DNA from: Catajapyx aquilonaris
Lineage: Eukaryota
Assembly (NCBI GenBank): GCA_000934665.2
Contig: KZ538376.1
Coordinates: 62,001 to 87,270 of the forward strand
Direction: 5' to 3'
Length of the DNA: 25,270 bases
Positions within the stretch are counted from its first letter, which is position 1, and every line of letters starts with the position of its first letter. Under the pieces are notes generated by a model, which was not told the DNA's origin, searched no databases, and worked only from the letters and a program-made list of their open reading frames with translations. The position numbers and the translations under genes were made by a program. Below are positions 9,058 through 19,700 of the stretch, piece after piece.

Positions 9058-10053
9058 ATGACTTTTTGATGACAAGTGTCAATATACAGTATATTAAAGT
9101 GGCTATCGCAGTAGGCGTATTTGTCAGGACAATGAAGTTCTTTGCGCATGCGTACATTCTTGTTTGTCTGCCCATTATATCCTACCATATTTAGGACATG
9201 ATGGCAGAGGATTAAGAGGTGAACACTAATTTGGGCCAAGTAATAGCTAAGCGATGATCAAACGTGAGTGCTCTTTGAGAGTTTTAAAGGATTCCGAACT
9301 GATGTTTTCAATGTCTGATTGGCTCTTTCATAGATTGATGGGAGACGAAGATGTGTTTCATATCGAAAGTGCTATATATCTCTCTGTCATTTTTAGATGT
9401 CACTCTATAAAATCCACCTTATCGATTGTACGCCTTTCCTTGAGCCATCTTTAGAAAGCAAATCCTATAGGGCCTGCAAAGGTCAGACACACATATTTGG
9501 TAACTTAATAATTAAGACCTTCACTATAGTGCTCTGGAGCCTCGAGCTTTGTGTATTTCACTAAAAGCGATAACTTGCGATAACACCGAAAAACAACAAT
9601 ATATCACACTTTCTGGTTCCACGCAATCCACAAGCTTCTGTACTCTGTCCACTTAAAACAGTTGCAAGTGAGAGACGTTTAGGTCCATCTTAGTGGAGCC
9701 GGTAAATCCGGTGTGTAAAATGTGTCCTCGTCTTTTTCTCCGCGGATCTTAATGGTGTGCAGAAGACGTATCTGGTGGCCCCCTTCTAAGTGAATCTCCA
9801 CAAGTCGCCCTTAAATTCCGGCAGATAAAGGCGAGACACGGACGCTGGTTGGGAGAATCCCGGGTTCAAACGACAGAAACGGAAAACTTTCGTCTCTTTT
9901 TACAACTCCTGGTAATTGCTTCCTCAAGCCAAGTGCTGACAAATGCTGCTGCATGGGACCAAAAACCTGCACTGCTAACTACTATAGCTGGTGCACTGCA
10001 CATGCAGCTATATAACAAATGCCCGAGTCATTTCAGGAGTCAAAAGGTTCGTG

Positions 10054-10342
10054 TGTAACCTTTCACCGGCAAATATTTATCTTTCGCCGAGGATGGCACA
10101 GTTAGAAATGGCCGGTTTGTCAGAACCGTCTATTTGCTAACTGTTACAAATTTGTCCATCATAAAATTACGAGGTTTAAAACTGTCAGAGCCAATTTGCT
10201 ACCGAATACTATAAATACCCGCAAATCGAGGGAGAGGAATGTAATCGTACTTGCAGAGAGATGCAAGTATTTCAATAAAAATACTGTGTGTTTCAGAAGT
10301 CAAATAAGTTTCGTTTGTACAAAATGATGACCTGGTCGTCAT
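10054..10342 (+). mobile_element. probable 5' LTR plus a degenerate primer-binding site (Gypsy-like)
   Basis: TGTA...TACA termini (10054-10321), TATAAATA at 10210-10217 and AATAAA at 10274-10279. Next comes TGATGACCTGGTCGTCAT (10325-10342), 13/18 identical to the tRNA-Trp PBS TGGTGACCCCGACGTGAT. Confidence 0.5.
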
Positions 10343-11350
10343 GACGAGTCAGCATGTTGCCGGAGTGTGTAGGTGCAAATTAAAGCAGACATAAACACAT
10401 TTGCCACGTAAGCTCCACACTTTAGTCTTTTAGGGAGGGTGTCGAGTGCACGGTTCCAGATCCGTTGAGCTGTAGAGAAGCAGGAGCGAATTACGAGCTA
10501 CAGAAGAAAATAAATGAGCTTTTGTATAAGAGTGAAGAAGCCCAACATCTGCTCCGTAAAGCTATCCATCTCGATGACAAGCTGACATTAACAACCTTGT
10601 AAATGTACAGAAGCGGAACGAATGGTGAAACTTACTTATTTGACACTTGTTCCAGCCTTACAGGTATAGAGAAAAGGCTGCGGAGTCAGAATGCCAATTG
10701 ATTGCACGACTTACCCTGGGACGTGGCATTTTAGGGTGGTCAACAATATTGGGGTCGCCATCTGACCTTAAAGTCATGCTCATATTGATGAATCAATCTT
10801 CGCACCGCGGCTGAAAATTGGGAACACTTTTCTTCAAATTCCTAAAGCGACTTAACCTTGAGATAGTATGGAATATCAGATGCGTTTCGCTTTATAACTG
10901 TCTTGAATAATGGATCACAAAATAATATCCTAAGAGCGATTCTAATTTCGCTATGTAAAACGCTAGCTGCCAATTTAAGAGTATACGCGGAAGAGATTTA
11001 GAGCCAAGCAATAGTGAATTTTTCTGAAACTTGACAAGAAAAGTGACAACACTTTCTTTTTGCGAGAGCTTCATGATATCCGGTGACCTGATGTATATAG
11101 ATGCACTTAAATAATCCAATCTATGGATCTATTTTAGGCGGGTACAAATGGGAACATCGTTCAGACCAAGATTGTTTACGAGCATTCCCTCTATTAGAAA
11201 AGGTGGATTCCAAAGCGACCTTTATCAAAAAAATTAATTTGTCTATCCGGACCTGTTTCTAGCGAAGTAAAAACGGATCAATCTGTTTTATGCCACAGTA
11301 GTCGTATGCTAAACCATGATTTTATTTTAAAACATATACCTTCCTGATAA

Positions 11351-11501
11351 AGGTGCATTTACATGTGAGCGATTTTACGAGCGAAATTTTCGCCGAGGCT
11401 GAAATTAACAATCGATTTTCGCCTCAAAAATATTGGTTACTTGGGTTACTCACCCTCGGCGAAGATTTCGCTCGTCAAATCGCTCACATGTAAACGCACC
11501 T
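11351..11501. mobile_element. PIF/Harbinger-type (Tourist-like) MITE, 151 bp
   Basis: 48-bp TIRs AGGTGCRTTTACATGTGAGCGATTT... at 11351-11398 and 11454-11501 (3 mismatches). TAA TSD at 11348-11350 and 11502-11504. Confidence 0.88.
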
Positions 11502-11506
11502 TAATA

Positions 11507-12264
11507 CAGGGTGTTTCACTAGGTAGTCCCCCCAAAGAACCGGCAGCTGTATTTCTCTTCCTACTCTACCTAGAAATATGATGTTTGGTTTACATAAGTT
11601 ACCTTAGTTCATGGGAATGTAGCACCATTCAAAATAAATGCTGTACTTGAGCTTCAACGACCTCCACACGCACTCAAACACTACTCGACGCAACGCTCCT
11701 TATTATCGAAGGCCCTCCGCATCATATCAACATTAATAGTCAGGATTGATGCTCCAAGTGTTTTGGACCAATACAGTGACAGTATTGATGACCTCCTTTA
11801 AAGGAAGAAAAAAGTGAAAAAGTGAAGCACAGGCTGCTGGAATGACCAAAAAAGTCATTACGATTTTGTCACAAGAAACCGGGCATCCTGTTTCCACCTG
11901 TCAAAAGAGAAGCCAATGGGGATATTTGAAGAGTTGTGTTTACAACAGTGAGCCTGGACTTTAGAAGACTTGGAAACCAACATCAATGCAGCAATACGGA
12001 CCATTTATGAGGATATGCTGTGGAGAGCCTTCGATAATAAGGAGCGTCGCGTCGAGTGAGTATGGAGGTCGTTGAAGGTCAAGTACAGCATTAAGTGCTG
12101 TACTTGACCTTCAACGACCTTCGTACGCACAATAAATTTTATTGTGAATGGTGCTATATTCCCATGAAGTTAGGTAACTTTTAAACCAAACATCACGTTT
12201 TTAGGTAGAGTTGCAAGAAAAATATAGTATATTCTTTGAGGTGACTACCTAGTGAAACACCTTG
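11507..12264. mobile_element. Tc1/mariner-superfamily non-autonomous element with ~250-bp inverted arms
   Basis: TA|CAGGGTGTTTCACTAGGTAGTC...GACTACCTAGTGAAACACCTTG|TA. Arms ~11507-11752 and ~11988-12264. Confidence 0.9.
11917..12075 (+). pseudogene. C-terminal remnant of a Tc1/mariner-type transposase
   Basis: Translates as WGYLKSCVYNSEP/(frameshift)TLEDLETNINAAIRTIYEDMLWRAFDNKERRVE*. This matches the WGYLKxxVY..P.TLEEL...I..........R...C....GG C-terminus of DD37D/maT-like mariner transposases. Confidence 0.8.
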
Positions 12265-15200
12265 TATTAATAGCCATGTTATACCCAAAGTTTCCAAAAA
12301 GTTTCATTAATGAATCACATAGCAATAGACAAATTGCTTGGTGGCATTTATACCGGTACTAAAATGTAACTTTGCAATGAGAACCTTGGGATCTTTGTTT
12401 CAATGTTATGTGAGGCCAATTTCTCCTGAATTCCAACCCCACTTTCCACATAGCTCAGATGAGTAATAAAATTTTGATGTCGACTGTGTCTACACGACTA
12501 CTCATTTTTTTCCGGTCTGTTGGCTCCGTTTATAACCCTGACACTGCAAATGTTGTAGGAAGAGGAGCCGCGAAAAAAAACAGGTGATCTTTCATCCACA
12601 CAAGAAAACATGGCTTCCTTTTATTTGTTCCATCTGGCCAGCAGAATGTATGGGTGTGCTCTTACGCTAGCTTTTCTATATTTGGAACAGGGAGAGAAAC
12701 AAACGGCAAGAAGGAAGCTTCATGTTCAGGTTTGACTGTTACATTCCAAGCAGAGAGTTAAGCTTTCATGATTATCCATAATAATTTCCCTGCATAATAA
12801 ATAATAATTAATGATTAATGAAAATACCTTTCCTGTACTTATAATATAAATACCTGATCGACATGATCTTGACAATTTTGGTATGAATAGAAAATATGGA
12901 GTTTTTCAAATGTACTAATGTAGATTGTAAATTTTCGGCTGTAGATTGATCCAATGTTTTTACGAAAGGCTACAGCATAAAAGTTTAGTAAAAGTTCTAA
13001 ATTTATTGTTGCTGTTACGTGACTGCATTTTGGGCATGAGTAGAATAGATTGCCGGGGATGTGTTGTGCTTTTCTTCGGCTTATTTCCATAGAAAACTTT
13101 GGGTAGATTGTCAATGCAGAATACAATGTGCCTGCAACGACTTCATTTCTTATTCACCTCGCACATCACATCTTTCCTATATACATTCCAATGATGGCTT
13201 CCAAACATAGAATAAGTGATCAACCGTTCGATATGGTTGTCCACTCCTGCACAGTACACAATACAGTACAGTAACTCATGGGATGCCATCCGATATAGTA
13301 AATGAATTTCACAGAGGTTCTGGCAAGGCAAACACGATTTAATGGAAAACGTGACAAAATGGTGAGAGTGGAAGTGCCATTCAATATTCAGATGCAGGTT
13401 GCTGGTACCTGGTTAAAATTTTGCAAATATATATTGATACATAATTATGCAGTTTATTCTTTCACATTACCCTATAGGCTCGAGAGCAGTCTTGCTGCTT
13501 TTAGCATCTGCAGGGAACACCTATGGCCACAAAAAAGTCTCATATAGCACGCAGTATATGGCTGTTGCTGGGAATGTTCCCAGTCTTCCTTGGACTGGTT
13601 CCCAATTCCTCATTCCTTTTGACTGCGCCAATTCTGCGAAGCCTTCGATACAGCTAAATAAGACCAACTTCTATTTAGTGTTCGCATTTGCAGAGAGAGC
13701 TATATGAAAAAAAGTGTTCCGAGTTTCAAAGGAAAGCCTGCGGAATCGTCAAGATCTTGAACATTTTCTATAAGAAAGTGGATATGGAATTTCTCGATTT
13801 CTGCTGGTAGCGGCAGCCACACAGAATCGGTTTAGTAATGTCCTCGGAAATTTCAAAGATGTCACCGCAAGATATTTTACCTGACGGTGTAAAATCTAGT
13901 TGCTGGAATCACAGCCATTCCACTCAGAATTTCAGTTGCCCAGGTGAAAACTCATATTTTAAATGAGAAAAGCACCACAAGTGCCTGTCGCGAAAATGTT
14001 AAAAGTGATGTAACCGCAGCAGAAGATGTGGTATACACGTATGTACAGTATACAGTACATTTACTTTAACTTCTATGCGATAGTCAACAGCTTGGCAGTG
14101 GTTACAGATGGATTAATTGATTATCGTGGGCGTAAATTAAATCGATATCGAGACAAATATTTTTTACTCCAACAGGAAATTTTCATTACATCTTCTCGAA
14201 AGAGCTCGAAAGGATAATCTGCGGGGACTTCATAATCAAAGTTATTCAAGTTCTCCGCGGAAAATCGGAGATTCAATAATCGAATAATCATTATCGCCTG
14301 ACAGGGATATAGTCTGATTCCTTGATCTGGTTTTGCTTTTCCTGGGCTTCCACATCAGAGGCATTCAGCATCAGAAATGAAGAGGAAATGAAGTGAGACG
14401 AGGGTAAAAATGGATCAAACATGACAGCATCCGTTCACGTCTCTGGGAAACGCTCAATCCGGATTTTTTTTTGACGAGCATGCTGATGACAGGACGTTGG
14501 GATCGAATTCAAAGAGTGTTAAAAGGTGATAAGCACTATTTTTAATTATGCCTGTCTATGTGCGTTCCACATCCATCATCACTAAATGTTAATAATTCCA
14601 AACTATGTGCTAATTATTGGCTTTTTCCACCCTGGCTTCATCGCATTAGCATTGCAAACTATATTTGCAGCAAACCAAACATGGGGTGCTTTTTGGCCAA
14701 GGGGACCTTACCCCGGGCCAAAATCAGCACATGTTTCCCATGGAAAGTGCATTTTACATTGTCCTCCTTTTTCCTACTACTCATGGGGTTCAGAGCGTGC
14801 CATCGGATTTTTCTGTCTCAACAACTTCAGTTTTTTTGTTTGCTGAAAATGTCCGCTACACCTCCCGCATACAGTATACACCGCGTGTGATAAATTAATT
14901 GCAAAAACATACATATGGATATTTTATGCCGCTGGAAACTTGTGTATGGAAACCTGAGCGTAGAATGAAAATGACGCAAAGTTTTAAAAAAAATACAATA
15001 CAGGTCTGTAGGCTACCAGACGTTTCTGACAGCAGGATGAGTATCTAATGCAAAATCCACATTGGTTTTTAAGTTTATGAATACACTATATTCTGGCCAG
15101 CATCAGTTAAAATGATCAATATTCAGTTGGAAATAGTATTTTATATAGTTTCCATTGCGTCAGATGGATTTTTACAAGCATAGTCAATTATTCGTTATTG

Positions 15201-15932
15201 CACTAGAGGCTTGTAATTCGATCTGTTCTAATGTTTTTGAATTGCAAATTTCCAGGATGAAAATAACGGTCGGGCATTAGTAGTGATTAGATTTTCAGGT
15301 TTTTGATGCATAACCACCTGCAATTACTTATACTCCAATAAATTTTGACTGTTAACATTTGACATAATGTATCTGGTTTGATTTTCCATCTGTGTATCTG
15401 CCCGGTGCTTGCGAATATTGTTGATTTTTCAAATGCTTCTCCCAATCCTATGATGCTACAGTGCAATATTTTTATAGATACATAATATATTATTTCGTCG
15501 AATACCCTTGTCATGGTCACATCATATCACGGCAGAAATAACATGTTTACATTTGGCAGTATGGAAACATTGAATCACTGACAGTGAGAGGGGAAGGGCT
15601 GTAATAATAATATTAATTTATTATTAATATTTTGACAAACATACAGTACATTTATTATTCCCGCATATGCACATTGTTCACAATGCATACTGATGTTGAA
15701 AATACCATTTCTTTTTTTTTTCTAAAATTTCTTTTTTCAAAAATGGACCAGTTTGGCCGGACCTCCCGTGTGGTGGAAATGCTCCCTCACATATGCGTTC
15801 CGCATCATGGTTGGAAGAAAAAAAGTCTATTTTTGGATTTTTGCTTTTCACTAGGTCCAGTTCCTGTGGGAATTCATAATCGAAGCCTAACTCGGTGGAC
15901 CAAGTGGCGATAAAGTTCCGGGCGGGTTCGGT

Positions 15933-16074
15933 GGGGGGGGNNNNNNNNNNNNNNNNNNNNNNNNNNNNNNNNNNNNNNNNNNNNNNNNNNNNNNNNNNNN
16001 NNNNNNNNNNNNNNNNNNNNNNNNNNNNNNNNNNNNNNNNNNNNNNNNNNNNNNNNNNNNNGGGGGGGGGGGGG
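15933..16074. other. assembly gap (121 N) flanked by poly-G
   Basis: N run 15941-16061 between G tracts. Confidence 0.95.
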
Positions 16075-16448
16075 CTTCATTAGCACGCAGGGCGAGAGTC
16101 GCCCACTTTCTATGGTCATATATTATACATCTGCCCATGACCAAATGACCAGAAATCTCTGTTTTTTTGGAAAGATTCAAGCACAGCCTACTGCGGCGTA
16201 CTGTACCCCCACGTTTCATGCAGTATGCACTGTAATATTGCAGAACAGACTGTACCTAACCGCAGATGCCTCGTATTACCAGGCTATATATCAGCAGGAT
16301 GGGAGCATTGGTTTAAAATTTATGAAGCAATTCTATAAAAAAAGCTGACAATTGGGATTTTGTCACTGAAATGTCCATATATTGTAATCTTTACCAAATA
16401 GGTTGTACTGGATGTGACATAATGATACGACATTCACAGAAAACAAAC

Positions 16449-16723
16449 GAAGCAGTTTGGAGGAGGGGATATGGTGTCCGACTGCTAATCGGGAGGTCCT
16501 GGGATCAAAGCCCGGGGCCGGCAACTCTGACCGTGGTTTACTGTGGTTTCCCACGGTCCTTCCAGGAAAATTCCGGAGTTGCTTCCGTAATTAATAGGCC
16601 ACAGCCGCCTCCTTCCGTCCCTATCCTATCCCAAAAAGCACAGTAAAACGAAAGCAAAGAGTTCCAGGCAAAACAAAGTTCCCCCCTAAAGAGCCGATGT
16701 CTGATAACGGGGTATGAATTATG

Positions 16724-16752
<29 letters not shown>
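16449..16752 (+). mobile_element. tRNA-derived SINE, family B, copy 1 (decayed A/B boxes, (ATT)n tail)
   Basis: Collinear and highly similar to 24732-25009. (ATT)n tail. TSD ATTCACAGAAAA at 16432-16443 and 16753-16764. Confidence 0.92.
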
Positions 16753-16755
<3 letters not shown>

Positions 16756-19700
16756 CACAGAAAATATATTGAGAAAATTTATAGCGTTTGTACGGGTATG
16801 GATATGTGTGCATGTGCAAGTGCTTCAGAAGAATAATTATGTAGTACAGCAGGAAACTTCCGATGAAATTCACAAAAGCATGAAGCTTTCAATAATGGCA
16901 AATGAGAAGAGAGTGTGAAATACGTATAAACGAAGCGTACATCAACATGAGGTAGATGGAGATATTTCGAATAATTGAATAAAATTATTTTAATGATGGA
17001 TTGTTGTTTCTAAGTTTAAATGCTGAAAGAGCATAACATCGTCAAAGTTCGCCTCAAATACACGTAGTCGCCACAATACAGCTCTTATGCAGCGAGATAA
17101 ATAGTATATTGCCTACTGTACTAATAATTGCAGCATCCACTTGTATTACTTGTAAAAGAAATTGGCCAATGAACCTCGAGCAAGGTGAAAGCTAAGGAAC
17201 AAAAACCTTCACCTTGCTAGAGCTGATATAGATACAGCGCCACGTTTCCTTTGTTTGAAACTTATATTATGTATAGGCTTGTATAGTATCATACTGTACA
17301 TTACGCAGTATGAGAAACTCCAGAATTCTGCATTACTGCATACGTGCAGTGCATATGCTCATACGCTATGTGGCATCAAGCATGACATCGAAAAATGACT
17401 ACAATGCAAATCTGCATAAAATGACATTTCCCCAACAATAGACATTTTTCTGCATCAAGAATGCATGTTGCGGTGAATTTTAATGCCTGCAACTGATCAT
17501 AGCAAAAGCGCATTGGTATCTCACCCCATCGACGCACTCATTTGGCTAAACCAATGTGTCTCTGTGATCACGAGTTTAATATGAAAATAGGCCCTTTATT
17601 ATGTACAATTTAGAACATGCTCCATGCGGCATTACTAATGCAGGGCAATAATTTAGAGTAATTAGCCGGTTTACATAACTGTAGTCTGGTCCGATTGACC
17701 GCACTCCCTTTGGCTCAGTTAATGCAAAGCTCGTGTACCAGGTAGAAAGCCTGTGATTTGTTATTCCAGGATTGGGATCGGCTGCCAAAGAGTTCCGACA
17801 CTCTTTGTGTGCTGGCCACTTCACTCTCGCAGGGGGTTGACGCAATATTCCCTGCCACATTGTGACTAACATAATAAACGCTCTTTCATCTCCACATCCA
17901 AAGTCTATCGACTCGGTTTGCTTGCCAGAGCTAATCGCGCCAAATATTGCACCGGTCTGACCTTTCGGAAACGTTCCAGATACTCATCACTGAGGGTTCT
18001 ATTATGTGATCGGGAATAATCGCAAATAGGGTCTGCTCTACTTATCACTTGTACGTACGCGACCTGACGTGCAGTGTTAGCCTGACGCCAATATATCGGT
18101 GATAGCTGGCGATAGACGCAAAAGAAAGGGCTGGTGCTTATTTGCAACCACGAATAGTCGCCAGTAGTTTGATGTGAGGTCGTAAACCAAGTCCGGCAAT
18201 AAAACGAAACCCATCTGTGACCCACATTGGATAGAACAAAATAAGGAATGTTTCAGACGACCCCTGGCATTGTCGAGCATTGCGTGAGTCTAGTAATATT
18301 CCCACCCTGTACTAGGTAAAAATTATTATACTTGCTGCTCTTTTGAATGCAAATTGGTCCACCTCATGGAGCTGGCGAACATTATACAGCATGAAAAATC
18401 CAGAAAAATCTTCGTGGAAATTTAATTCCAACCTTCAATCTGAATGTCTTATTACTGTCACCGACTTCTCTTTTCTTCCCAGCTACTTTTTTTTTTTAAA
18501 AAATTCGGCCCTTCTATTGTTGAGTCTGGGGACAGCTCATTAGACGTTCAACATATACGTGCTCGGGAGCCGTTCTTTTGTGGACTGAGTAAATCTACTG
18601 CAGCCCACGTGCTCATTCGTGCCTCACTTTTTTCGCGAAGGATGGTGAGGGAGGTGGGGTGTGGAAAAAGGCAGAAAAGGTGAACCAGCTCAGCCTGGCT
18701 CTGAATTGCAACAGCTGGATCGATGCTTTCATCTGGGAGGGTTTTTTGAACACCTAGCTCCTCCTTTTTTTTGCTTTTTGCATGCATGTATGGCACTGCC
18801 AAAAACTTCACTTCTGATGTTGACAAAGGACACCTCGCAAAAAAGGGGGGGCGATAAAGCGCGCCTCAGTGAGTACAGGCCAGTGGATATGAAATCGGTT
18901 CGTAGTTGAGTTTTTATGTTGACTGTACCCCGGCGTGAGTGGATTTGAAAATATTTGATGAATAAGTGGTATTGTTGGCTCGAAGCTAGAAATAGCCTCT
19001 GTCAGATACAGTGTGCTTTAGTGTGGCATAGCAAAATGTAGAGCGGCTGTGAGGTTAAAGTAGAACTAATTGTTTAGCGGAAAATGAGGCAATCTGCATG
19101 TAGGCACTGTGCCACATCCTGACAACAACAGACCAAATCTATACTACAGGGTGGAGCACGGTCTGACCTCTGTTTTTAGCAGGTTATTACATCTGCGATT
19201 TTTCAGACTGACCATTATGTTGCAGGGGCTTATAGTCTACATCGTTTTTTTCCCTTTGACGTTACAATCGATAGAAAAAAATCACATTTTCGGACCCTAT
19301 AGCATTTCTTTTTTTTTGTGACAGGATCATTATCGGAATTTTCCCCCACCTAATGGGACGGATGTTGGACTCACCCCATCTCCCCATCAGTATCCCAGAG
19401 GAAATTCCGGGTTGTTTACCCTAGGAGACAGAAGGCCCTTTGGGCTACTCCTTCAGCCATGTTTGCTCTCATCGCCTGAGCTGCAGGACGTCCACAAGGC
19501 GCCCCCAAAACCATTCCAATGTCAGGGTGGAGGGACGTTGGGGACACCCCCTCGTTATGTGGTCTATCTTCCTCTAATGAAACCTGCTTACTCACCGACT
19601 CCACTTGACTCAACTACAGATTACGTCAGCTACAGATGTCACGTATGCAGTGCGATCTGATCCTGAATGCTTAGCACGATTATCAATTAATTGTTAGATG

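Noticed and set aside
10732..10760. TAGGGTGGTC transposon-like terminus (also TA|CAGGGTGG at ~19146 and TA|CAGTGT at 25161)
   Set aside because: No matching partner end or TSD is visible in the window.
12900..13126. Tx1/L1-like RT C-terminal words (FLWK, ILLMPK, KHWI) on the minus strand
   Set aside because: They are scattered over three frames and lack the GGL motif, so they cannot be told from chance.
14483..14510. CTGATGA hammerhead core
   Set aside because: No stem II and no GAAA follows.
17175..17222. 15-bp stem hairpin (14/15 paired)
   Set aside because: It is isolated, with no TSD or second copy, and too short to interpret.
18005..18226. possible LTR (TGTG...CACA with AATAAA, then TTGG)
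   Set aside because: No TSD, no clear TATA box and no recognisable tRNA complement.
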